From assembly GCA_965649765.1 (NCBI GenBank), contig OZ287750.1, positions 89,094,001 to 89,158,000 of the forward strand: a DNA stretch of 64,000 nucleotides. The letters run 5' to 3'. Shown in pieces: positions 13,167-26,100 of this stretch (its first letter is position 1; the number at the start of each line of letters is the position of its first letter). This stretch comes from Bispira polyomma (lineage: Eukaryota). A model generated the notes under the pieces. That model did not search any database. It had not been told where the DNA came from and was given only the letters and a program-made list of their open reading frames with translations. Both the position numbers and the translations under genes were made by a program.

Positions 13167-15004
13167 CCCAGTAGGCACACAACTTGGAAATCAAGTTGAT
13201 TTCAGCCGAAGAATTCAGGTTGAAATACGTTTATATTTTGCGAACCGTTTTTAGTTTGATTCAACATTGATATCTGTTTGATTCCAACAGAGATAAAATG
13301 TAAACAAACTGGATTGTTTTTAATTAGTTGACAGTGGAAAATTTTTATATGGTACAAAATGTGGTCATAGCTGGAAAGGTTTTTATAAACCATGTTACAA
13401 TTTAATTATTCTATAAATTCGCTCCAGGGCAAATGGAAACTCTTATTGGGTAAATTTAAAATCAAATTAAAGGTCACAAATAGTGGGAATTAATAAATAT
13501 GAGTTTTATTGTGTTGTTTGTGTATAATTATTGATATCAGGTATCTCATATGTATGAGTGTCTTCTTTTCCTGATGCATATTTCCTGTTGAACCTGCTTG
13601 TTGGAGTATACTGTTATTTTATATTTTGACGAAATTGTCCACTTGACTTTACTGAACACCATGAAATAATTGACTTTATTGGTTTGTTGGTTTTATAGTC
13701 CCCAATTATAACTTCTAACAATAGTCAACACATACAACTGCACTGTAATAGAAATAAAATGTAAACTTTAATATTTCATTCCACTTTGATTCAAGGAAGT
13801 CTGTCCGAGGATGTCTTTCTGAAAGCAATAAATGGCTGCATTAAAAACTACTCAAACACAGTTATAACAGAAGTATGTATTATCCTATGTAGTACTTAAA
13901 AACGGAACTCACATACACTAGGCAAATGATTATAAGTCTCCACTATTCCTCAAATGAAATTCCAATTATTGTAGAATTTTGTTATGGTTTACATGTGTAT
14001 GCAAAAGGATGACCCCAGTACTCAGTAAACACACATCTAAGATAAGAAGGGATAAACTATTTTAATTATCTAGTCACTATTGGTAACACATGTTTCAATT
14101 GGCTTTGAAGGCAGTGTGCATTTACTTTCAGCTATGTCAACAGCATGCATCACAGATAAAGATACTTTTAACCCCATGATATCACTTATGTTTTCAAAAG
14201 GCTAATTGTTGGGATTATTTGTTGGGCATCATTTGTTACACTTGAATTTCAAATTTAGAACAGTGAGTTGTTTAAAAAATAGGTGTTTTTGGACCCATGT
14301 GAAAAGTCAAATGGAAAGTATGCCTATATACTGGACATTTAAACCTGTAAATAGTCATTTGTAATGTTAAATTTAATGATACATATATATACATTAAAAT
14401 TTGAAAGTAAATGATGGCTCTAGTATTGAAAAAAGGTAGATTTAGAGATGAAAAAGGGTGGCTTTCGCGCAGAATTACAGTTGAAAAGTTAGATATTTGA
14501 AGTTGGTTTATTATAGATTTCGAATTGAATTCGTATACAAAAACTGGTGAAATATGGTCACTTGTTACAATTAATTATTTGAGCATTTTGTGCATTAAGG
14601 ATAACCACAAACTACAAATTATTACAGTTACACAACAGTTTAATATTGTTGCAGTATGTATATATCTGAAATGTATGTCTACATATCAATATTGAACTCT
14701 TTAGTTGTGTTGGTATTAGTTATGTTAGTACTAGTCATGCCTCAGAAGCACCGGTTAAAATTTAAATCTCACGAATTTAGGATATTATGACAATATAGAA
14801 CATTACTTCATTTTGTGCAAAACTATTCCTTGATATATATCACACTATCATATATAAGAAACAATGAAAGTAAAAAAAGATTTCTTAGGATATTACACAT
14901 AAATTTAAAATTATATATGCTTACCTTCAACAAAGATTTCTGCCAGGAAGTGTAAACAAGCACACTGAGCATGCTCCAGTCAGGTATTCAACCAATAATC
15001 AACA
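13167..15004 (-). mobile_element. Second, inverted copy of the EnSpm-like element, truncated at one end by a Helentron-like insertion
   Basis: Reverse complement aligns to 7296-9648; begins CCCAGTAGGCAC. Confidence 0.85.
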
Positions 15005-15009
15005 TTATT

Positions 15010-16248
15010 TCTATTTTTGGTTGCCCAAATCAAAAATTACTTCAAAAGTTTACATATAAGGCAAAATCAGCCCTGTGGGTCGAAAATGAGCTTTAAAATC
15101 GCTCCGTCTAGCACCGTTTCCGAGATAAAGGACATTTTTCGTAAAAGTCACAGAAATTCAAGATGGCCCCCAAAATCAAATTTTTTTCAAAAGTGTACTT
15201 TATAGGCAAAAACAACCCTGTGGGTCGAAAAAGAACTCAAAATCGCTCTATCTAGCATCGTTTTCGAGATAACGGACATTTTCGAAAAAGACGCAAAAAT
15301 TCAAGATGGCCGCCAAAATTAGAAATTTTAAATAGTTTACATATAAGCAAAATCAGCCCTGTGGGTCAAAAATGAGCTCGAAATCGCTCTATCTAGCACC
15401 GTTTCCGAGATAATGGACGTTTAAAAAAAAACTTTAATTTTAAAATTTTTTGAAATTGAAATCGTTTTATATCAGTAACGATCGCATATTTTTGGATAGG
15501 GTAAAATAAATAAAAATTCAGGCTATTCTTTAAAAGTTATGCCCTGCATGTACTGATTTAAAATTAAATATAAAAAAAATCCTCACACGCTCAAAAAAGC
15601 ACCCATCAACACATTTTTTTCCCCATTTTGTATGATTGATCAACCCTGTCAATCAGTCAATTATCACAAGATTGATCTAAAAATTTACGGACATCTATGC
15701 TTTGGTATAGGCAATGTGCATGCTAAATTTCATTGAAGTATGACAAGTACTTCAAAAGAAAAGTTGATAAAAGTGCAAGATAGAGCAAAATAACTGAGAT
15801 TTTTACATCATACATAAAATCAAAAAGTAGATGAATAACCTACACTAAGAGAAAGCCGAAATCCCAATAGTTTCCGAGATAGCAAAAAAGTATCGATTTT
15901 TCGGTTGACAATCGGTCAATTATCATCCGATTAATCTCATCAGCGTCTCCCATCCTGAAAATTGCCTTACCAAGGTACATACCAAATTTCATTGAGCTAT
16001 GATGAATACTTTTTGAGAAAACCTAGTGACAAGCACTTTTACCCCCCCCCCCCCACCCCAGGGTCACCTGACATTTAAGTAGGCCAAAGTTCAAAGCCAA
16101 GAATATGAAAAAAAATTTCCCATTCCTGGTTAAGAGAACTGCCAGAAAATATTGAAGGAGATACTCAAGGAAGACGATGCGGCGGCGGCGGCAGTGAGGA
16201 AACCAGGGGTGAAACCAAATAAATGCCCTTTTCAAGGGACGCTTAATT
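15010..16248 (+). mobile_element. Helentron/HINE-like element with internal repeats of about 130-140 bp
   Basis: Highly similar to 50604-51980; unit AAAATCGCTCTATCTAGCACCGTTTCCGAGATAA...AATTCAAGATGGCCGCC; fragments at about 17270-17460, 39840-40000 and 52970-53170. Confidence 0.75.
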
Positions 16249-17789
16249 ACCCTGACACAAGCCTGTCGAAATTAAGTGACGTTAAAGCCACACTAATCTT
16301 ATCCTATATATCAATTGAATTCTATGTCACTTACTCTTCAGCATCACTATGTGATGCCTGTTATTTATCTGTCCCTCTTCCTTAACAGGAGAAAGCAGAG
16401 CATATTAAGTATATGTAACTGTCTTCAAACTAACAGAATGTACATTGTTGCTGGGAGAATTAATGTAACTCTTAACCATGTCTTACCCTGTCTGGAGGTC
16501 TAAAGGAATTATCTCAATATTTGCCCTATGGATATAGTTTAGCTCACGAAACCAGGGGCCATATTCACAAACATTTTAAGAATCCCATTCCAATTTCCTT
16601 AGTCAATCTGACTATTTAAAAGAATATTTTAAGCCAGCCCGAAAAATTGAGAAACCATTTTAAGAATAACAATATTTTTTGAGCCAGTCATATAGATTGA
16701 GAAAACATTTTAAGAATAATAATATCTGCGAGTACTTGCCCAGGATTATGTTCGGTTTAGCATTGTTGGAAGTAGTCACCACTACTTTCTAGTTCAAATA
16801 TGAGGATCTTTGAAAAATCTGGAAATTATGTTAGTCCTAGATGATTGAGAACATGAAAACAACTGGGAATTAATTTTAAGGGGATCAGTTTTAACGTTCG
16901 ACCCCTCCTGGAAGGTCAAATGGTAGTGCACATAGTTCATGTAAATTATATCTTACTTTATTAGTCCCCTGTAAATGTTAGAATTGGCCAACTTCTCGGA
17001 TATTCACCCAGAGGAGTCAGCACCATCACCGGGAACTGAAGGAAATACTTCAGGCAACAAGTTACAGAAAGCTGAAGTCACAAATAATATACTACTTCCG
17101 ATATTCAACAACAGCCTCCCATATAATTTTTTAAACAATGATTCTGTTGTACTAACAATATCATCTTGTGAGAAACTGAAGAAAATCTAGAGTACTGCTT
17201 TGCAAATGAAAGGAAATTGTTTTTGCACAGCAAAAACAAAGCGTCCTAATAAGACATTGTGCAACGTTAAATATATTTTGATGGCCGCCAAAAATGGCGG
17301 GAGAGCGATTTTTATGAAAAACATGCAAATTACTCTGCATATACCCTCCAGGCCCAAAATTTGGCCGTAATTGCTCTATCTGGCACCGTTTCCGAGATGA
17401 ACGAGTTTTTGCGTTTAACGTAGAAATTCAAGTTTGACACCAAAAATGGCAAGAGAGCTGGTTTTTTTAAATATTTGCAAAAAAGAATTGAAAAAATAAA
17501 TAAATTAGAAATTAGAAAGGGTTAATGTCGTGAAAACCAAAACCTGAATCAGAACTTTTGCCGTCAAATGTCCACATTGAAAATCATAAGATTTGAGACA
17601 AAGCCAAGACCTTTCGGGAATATCTCCCCAGGAGGGCAGGACAAGAGAAACCAGAAGCAACTCTGGTCTAACTTAACAACATAGGTAGTGGATAGTAAAA
17701 TAAAGTAAGGTGTAATAAATGAGCAGATGTAACAACTAATTTTTTGAAACAAAAAACACCAAAACACAACAGCTTCAATTTTTCAATAT

Positions 17790-20102
17790 TTATTTATCAT
17801 TAATTTATTGCAAAAAAGTGACTTTTCCCATGGTTTTATATATATATATATCACAGTAAATAATAAAAAGTAGTCACCAACAATAAGAAATTAAGGAAGA
17901 ATGCAAAATATAAACATATGTGTATTTAGTTTACTGAATTCTTTGGATACAAACTGTAACAATAAAAATCAATAACTGAAGCTTTAACTTGACTGGTGGA
18001 AGTACTTTGTTCATAAAAAGACCCTTGTATTTTCTGGAGGTGAAAGTGTTTTTTTTTATCAAATCAACTGATGGTAATAATAAGCTTACTACGATGTCAT
18101 ACATTAAATTATTAGATTTCAAAGTTTTATACAATTTTTGCATTAAATGAACCCTACTTGCCTTTAAACTTGTTTTCATACTTTTTTTAAACTTTAGAAT
18201 ACTGGCAAATGTCAGGATGAGGTAAATTGTCGCATAGAAAAAGCAAATAAATTACAACTCCTATTATTCAAACATCATGGATTAGAAACAGTTTGTTTGG
18301 ATAACAGTGAATTAATAAAATTCAAGATGCACCAAAAAACCAGCAAAATATTTAAATGGGGGAGACAGATACATTTTACAAAAGTAAACAAAATTAAAGA
18401 CTCAAAGTTTAAATAATATACAAGTAGTTTCCTTTTCCAACGAATAAATTTTCGCTATAAAATAGAAATACCCCAGTTCTAATGTACATCTTACCAGATA
18501 CATGTGATACAGGTGAAACCCTTTAAAGTCAAATGTCAAGGGTCCAGGAATAAATACCTCCATCTAAGGATAAATTCCACTTAACAGGTGAGATTTTACA
18601 ACAAAGGACCTAAAGGTCATAAGACTTTTTCCAAATAAATGAAGAATTGACTTAACAGAGCGTTTTACTCAAATAGATTCAACTGTATTTTACAACACAG
18701 GCAGAGCAGTTTTTTTAAAACAGCTTGTGGAAGTTAAAGATTTTAAGACAACTGTGAAGGTACACCTGCAATATTGTACATAGGTAGTACTTGATTTATG
18801 ACATAATTTATAAGTTTTAGGATATGCAAAGAAATGAAAACATTATACACTGTAGGCCACTTTTAAATAAATATAAAATTTATAGCACCGGAAATGGTTA
18901 TATTTCTACACAAATTTTCCCTTTATTAATAGCAAAAAATTTCCTACACAAATTTCATTTCCTAAATTTACATACAGTAGAACTTCTTATTATCCAAACA
19001 CCTTGGGGAGAGTGAAAAATCTGTTTGGATGATGGAATGCTCACAGAAGAGAATATTAAGGTATTTTAGTGTAAAGCAACAGGAAAATACAGATTTAGAA
19101 TAGAATGAAATTTAGTTCATAAAAGAATCAACTGTTTGGTATATATAGATGTTTGGATAATAGAAATTCTACTGTACTGTCAAATCTTGCAGAAGGCTTT
19201 TTTATTCACCGCAACTGGCTATATTCTCAACTGTTCTCAGAAAATACTGTAAGATATAGTAAAATTTTACAGCAACAGTATGAAACATTGGACCTCAGAA
19301 TGGCCGCAACTGGAGAGTGGTTGTCCTTGGTTCTTTGAGACAGAGAGGGCCTTTTAATATTTATCATAGTCACTGGGGATACACAGGCATCGCAATAAAC
19401 TTCTGTACACACATTAGAATTTGCTGTACATCCAAAAATTCACCTCCTTTACAATTGTTAGTTATTGTTCTGAATGAGGTTGTCAATATTAACCCGTGCG
19501 GTTACTCCTTTCATGGGTGGGTACCTAGGTACCTGAATCTTAAATAAATTGAACCCATTTACTCCAGGGTTAACAAAGATGGCGCAAAAAGAAACCAGCC
19601 AACTTTCACAATACTTTGACGTGAAAATACAAAAGATTTACACAGTTTCAAATAAAATGATTGCCATTCTAAATAATGCTACACATATGTATGTAGTGTT
19701 TTACATTGGAATTTAAGTCTACTTATGATTTTTGACAGAATATCCAAACTCGTTAATGAAGCACAACTAGTTTGGGACGATATTTAGTCGGGTACTCTGT
19801 TCCAGAAACTGGAATCATAACATATACAGCTTTTTTTTTCAAGTCTAGCATACTTTACTTTACAACTAAAATGTAACCATTGTAAATAATCTTACACTTA
19901 TTTTTTATTACGTAACAACTTTCTGAGATACCTTTCTCCAAATTGTTTCGAAAAGGCAGAAGTAAAAAGTATAGTTCACAAGTGTTTTCTAATAATGGTT
20001 ACATTATATATATCTGAGAACATTTAAGAATATCGTCCAGTTTTTAGTTGATACTAGTTTATTGGTACAGAGAAGTAAATAGGATAACATTATTTAATAC
20101 AT
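17790..20102 (-). other. ABCD3: Probable ABCD3 3' UTR; the end is uncertain (candidate AATAAA near 20060 and near 17805)
   Basis: AT-rich sequence downstream of the stop codon with minus-strand AATAAA hexamers; no transcript evidence. Confidence 0.35.
18975..19174. mobile_element. Short TA-flanked MITE of an abundant family
   Basis: TIR CAGTAGAACTTC(T)TATTATCCAAAC; relatives at about 31065-31490, 40050-40235 and 47435-47750. Confidence 0.75.
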
Positions 20103-23100
20103 TTAGGACCCAAACTCCACAGTTGAGGAATCAATAGGCTTGAATTCAAATGACCCTCTTCCATCCATGCTTAGATAATACTGAAAAAAAAAGAGATATA
20201 TATAATTTTGATTGATGATTGTTCTTTTTAAGCCTCTATCTTTAAATTCTTCCCTGTGCTTTCACCTTACCATTCCAGTTACTCTCTCTAGTAATTAAGA
20301 AACCATTCGTCATTCAGGGATTTTTGCAAACACTGTGGATGTTTACCAAAACATAAAATTTAAATTCAGTATCTGAGGGATGAAAATATATTCAAAATAT
20401 TCAGACCAATCCTACAATTGTTGCACAAAGTACTGCAAGGCAAGAAGTTCATTATCTTAAAAAATATATGACTGACTTTCACATTTAATGTAACGGAACC
20501 CCCGCCCGAAGGTAAAACTAAATGGGCAACAACATTGAGATTTGGTAAAATGTATGGAATAAGTTGAAAAGTTTGAAGTATACCGAACCCAACCCTTTTA
20601 AGAAAATTTGTTTAAGACTCCAAAATTTTAAAAGTGTTACCATGACAACAGTTGTTGCCGGATACCCCCAAAATCTAATGAGCTGTAGATCCTCTTGTGA
20701 TAAACATATCCTGAAAATTTGGTGAAAATCCATGCATGGGTTTTAGCCTGTAGAACACCCACAAAGTTTAATACCCAAAGTCTTAGAAGCAGTGCCATGG
20801 CAACAGTTCTTCCCAGTTACCCCCCGAAACCTAATTGGTTCTACATCCTCTTGGGGTGAACATATCATAAAAATTTGGTGAAAATCCATGCATGGGTTTA
20901 GCCTGTGGAACACTCACAATGTTTATGCCCTATGCCGATGCTGGCCGGCCGGACGGCGGAAGGAATGACTATAACCCCAGCCTTTGTTGGCTGGGGTTTA
21001 TAAAACATATCTCAAGTAGCACATGTAAACAAATATGGTGATTTCTTGTTTTGTGTTAATAACATTTTTGTGAGACATAAATGCTGGATATATTTACCTG
21101 TTATCATCCATCATTATTTTGAGGTTTCTCAAGTAATGTGACCTACCAATATCTGTGTAACATATTCAGAAATACTGTGGACAAACTTTGAAGCAAATTT
21201 TTGGCCTGAACTAGCAGTGATAGTTGTTTACATATTTTTTGTCCGTTGTCTATTAAATATCAAAAATATACCTAAAGATCAATTATCCGAGCTATTTACC
21301 TCATGGTGTTTCCATAGTGATTTTCTGTGAGAGACTGTGAACAGCGTTATTCCAACCTGTAAGTACATAAAACATCATTGGCTGATTAAACTGTGTCGAG
21401 TAATCTGATTGGCTTGTAATGTTTGTGCTGAATTGGAGAGCAAAGTTTCCAAATCAATAACAGCAACATATCAGTATTGTAGATAGATGTAGGAGGGAAA
21501 TGTATAAGCAAATCGGCACAGATTATTTTGTGTACATGAAGAACATATTTGTATTTTAGGCTTTGAAAGTTCATTTAAAATTTGTCTATATTTAAGTGAA
21601 TTTTGAATTTGAATTGGGATATTTAACGTCCACTCTTGTACATGTTTAGGGTATATTGGGATGGGTAGTTGGAAACACTGGAGGAAACACTGCATACAGT
21701 TGATCAAAATTTTGCAATGAAACCAGCGGCCTACCGTAAGGAACTGCCACCTTTGCCACATAGGCATCAATGGGAGTCGAACTCACGCCGACCAGAGGTG
21801 AGAGACCAGTGATTGTGAAGCGCAATGCTTGCTAACCACTTGGCCACCGCGGCCCCTATATTTAAGTGAAACAATAGGTTTAATGTCTGTTATCATCCCT
21901 AATTAGGTTTCAGCTAACTACACAATTTACACCTTTAGCCTGGGGTGTTTCACTTTGTCCTCTATTTGGTACATTCCAGGGAGCATCCAAGCCATGCTGC
22001 CACATACGACACAGACTATAATAACACCCAATAGTGGCCATGTACACATGTAAGCACTAGAGCTGAGAGTTTCTTTAAATTCATTTGGGTTTTTTCGTTC
22101 GCGTTCAACAGCTTTGGACATATTACGACTGCCAGGTTTAGTGGTGGGAAAACAAGTACTGGAGCACTGTCAACCACCGACCTACGGCAAATACCTGCCA
22201 AATATTCTCACATTAAAGTGGAATCTGTGGGATTCAATCCCCAGAGGTGAGAGGCCAGTGATTTGAAAGCAGACACTTATAACCACTAGGACACCACAGC
22301 CCTTACTAGAGTGAAGAGAGACACCCATGATTGAAATACCTCGTCCAAGGGTACAATCTGCAGATCTGCAGCAAGGATTGATCCTAGGACCTACTAATCC
22401 AAAGTCAAACACTCTAACCACTAGGCCACAGAGACCCTTAAAATCTCAGAGGTCAGGGAGCTGTTGATCCACTGCAACCTGGCAATATTTGGCCTAGTTT
22501 CCAAAACTCTTTCCAACTCATTCAGACCTTTCATATGACGCCTTATTTAAAACAATTGTAATCAGACTTTTATTGTGCTTAATCTCCCCTTAACAAAGGG
22601 GACTCTAAGGCGCACAAACAAGTGGGTTAGGAGGAGATCTTGGAAACATTTTTTTAGGTGGGTCAAACCCACAACCAGAAGAATGGTCTGTAACTACAGA
22701 CTCTGCATGGCAACTATCATTTAGGCAAATTCCATGATAATAGGAGCTTCATACCATTAGACTCATAAGACAATTAACCATTAGACTCATTGACCATTAG
22801 ACTCTAAGACCACTGACTATTACACTCTAAGACCACTGATCATTAGACTCCAACACCATTAGACTCAAAGATCATTAAACTCCCAAGACCAGACTATAAG
22901 ACCACTGACTATTACACTCTAAGACCACTGATCATTAGACCCCAAAACCATTAGAGTCTAAGACCATTAGACTCTAAGATCATTGGACTCTAGGACCAGT
23001 GACCATTAGACTGTTAACAATCTAAGACAAGTGATTGTTGGCCTCTAAGTCCACTCACCTCCCGGCAGTGCTGGTACATAAATCCCTCCACATCCACACT

Positions 23101-26100
23101 CACGGCACTGGTACACTCATCAAGAATGGCAAACTGTGGCTTGTGGTAAAACAGTCGGGCCATCTTTAGACAAAAAGACACAAGTACTATATTACTACAC
23201 AGTTCTCAGTTTTTAGCGGTGATCAATCACATAATTGGCCTTTATTATTCCTAAGATCTTCAGAAACAACCAATGACAAAACAAATATTCCCATAACAGG
23301 ACTGTCAAACACCTTCGTTAAAGATATGCCGATAATTTATATAATTTAAACCCCAAAACTCAACATCTAGCTGCAATTCATAATTCATCAAATGTATGTC
23401 GCCTACTATTTTACCTCACCATCCAGTACACACTAACAACTCACCCCCACTTACCACCACTATCTGTTTCTCTTCCCCATTTACTGCCACCTTCGGCTTA
23501 TCACCCCCCACTTACCGCAACCCTCTGTTTCTTTCCCCCACTTACCACCACCCTCAGTTTCATGCTCCCACTTACCACCACCCTCAGTTTCATGCTCCCA
23601 CTTACCGCCATCCTCTGTTTCTCACCCATCACTTTCTGTAACCCTCTCATTATCACCCCCCACTTACCGCCACCCTCTGCTTAAAACCCCCACTTACCGC
23701 CACCCTCTGTTTCCTGGTCCCACTTACCCCCACTGTCTGTTTATCATGCTCCCACTCACTGCCACCTTCTGCTTATAACCCACACTTACCGCCACCCTCT
23801 GCTTATCATATCCCCACTCACCGCCACCCTCTGCTTATCATATCCCCACTCACCGCCACCCTCTGCTTATCATTCCCCCACTTACTGCAACCCTCTGTTT
23901 CTCACCCATCACTTACTGTAACCCTCTCATTATCATCCCCACTTACCGCCACCCTCTGTTTTTCACCACCCTCTGTTTATCACCCCCACTTACCGGAACC
24001 CTCTGTTTTTCACCCATCACTTACCGGAACCCTCTGCTTATCATGCCCCCACTTACCGCAACCCTCTTCTTACCACGCCCCCACTTACCGCCACCCTCTG
24101 TTTCTCTCCCCCACTTACCGCCACCCTCTGTTTTTCGCCCCCACTCAGTACATCCATCCAGTCCTGTACCGAGTCCCAGCCTCCCTCTCTATCCAGGATG
24201 TACCCTAGCTGTACTTTAGTCAAGATGTCCTCTAGGTCTCTGTCTGTGTAACCCTTCTTCAACTGCTCCGCCTTGTTGTCTGGGTAAATCACCTGGTCAC
24301 GCAGGGTGCCCAGTGTCATGTAAGGCCTCTGTGTGGGGACAAAAACAGGCCGTTACAGAAAGAAAACATATACCCAGTGTCATGTAAGGCCTCTGTGTGT
24401 GGACAAAAACAGGCCGTTACAGAAAGAAAACATATACCCAGTGTCATGTAAGGCCTCTGTGTGGGAACAAAAACAGCAAGAAAATATATACCAGTGTTAT
24501 GTGAGGCCTTTGTGTGGGGACCAAAACAGGCCGTTACAGAAAGAAAACATATACCCAATGTCATGTGAGGCCTCTGTGTGGGAACAAAAACAGCAAGAAA
24601 ACATATACCCAGTGTCATGTGAGGCCTCTGTGTGAGAACAAAAACAGCAAGAAAATATATACCAGTGTTATGTGAGGCCTTTGTGTGGGGACCAAAACAG
24701 GCTGTTACAACTAGAAAACATATACACTGTGTCATGTAAGGTCTCTGTGTGGGGGCATAAACAGGCTGTTACAACCAGAAAACATACACCTAGTGTCATG
24801 TAAGGCTGTTACAGCCAGAAAACATGTACCAAGTGCCATGTAAGGCCTCTGCGTGTCAGGCTGTTACATGTAGGGTGTGGAGATCCAAACATCAGTATAA
24901 GGCTGTTATATACAGAAAACATATACCAACTAATATCGCGATGACTATAGTGATAAAAGGTTTAAGAAAATATCAGGAAAAAGAAGTTTTAACTTGCTGT
25001 TACAGTCTATACGAACAACAATTTTTGAATTGAACACTAAGACGTGATTAGAACTGAATATTTTACCTGTGGAATGTAAAACAGGTGTTTGCCGTCAGGT
25101 TTTGTCAATGTCCCTCCAAACAGTGGCCAGAGCTGAAAGGAAGATTTTTTATGTATATATATAAATTCAGACTAATTTTGGGTGTTATGCTATTTATCAT
25201 CCATCCACTTATATCTCAAGCTTTACAAAATGGCAATGTCTGTTGTTGACATGATAACATTTAACAAAAAAAACAAAACATTTTAACATATAACAAACCA
25301 TCGGGGATTATTGACAAAAAAAGTCAGTTATAATCCCAAGCTTATCATTTAACACGTGTATTTTTGATATCAAGTAGGTCATGTGACAATATATTTACTG
25401 TGAAATGCCAAAAAAAAACCACTTTAATTGTGACCCAACAGTCTCTACCTACAGATACATTGTTTCAAGTAGTAACCCTCTTTTGTCAAAATGCACCTCA
25501 GGGGCAATAAAAGCTATTATCATGTACTCAAAACTGTGAGTGTCAAAGTTTATATGCCCCTAACCCTTAAGCTTGTTCCCATTCTGGAAATATCTGAATT
25601 AGAAGAAGTTCTGGACTATTTCAAACCAATTTCGGGTATTTGGCGACTTACCATTTATTATTATTATTATATATTTTTAACGCGCTTTATTGATGCTAGG
25701 CATCTTCTAAAGCGCAACAGCAGAATCAGTGATCCAATCGTAAAGTCCATGGGCATATATCAAAGTCATAAGTACCATCCATTAACTTACATTTCATTAT
25801 CCATTTATATGAATAAATAAACGTTTTCACCCTTTTTCTTCCTTACCTCTCCTAGTATTCTAAACAGTGAACTTTTACCACAGCCGTTGGGACCACAGAC
25901 TAGAACATTCATCCCTGATTTCACCTGGAACATACAGTCAGTACACCATACAACATCCTCTCATCAGATGAACAAATAAACAAGTACAATAGGCATTCTA
26001 TTGTGGGAACATGCTGGGATAGGAACATTTTCTGGATTCTAACATAACACAGCTAAAATTCACCATATACACTAAGGCTGCCAGTCAGGGGTGTAAACTG

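Noticed and set aside
23396-24735. ORF-track proteins 23396-23641, 24316-24735 and 24333-24635
   Set aside because: Translations of the junction minisatellites; only 24119-24328 is coding
23440-24910. CRISPR-like appearance of the regular repeats
   Set aside because: No unique spacers, no cas genes, eukaryotic intron context; the units derive from the neighbouring exon
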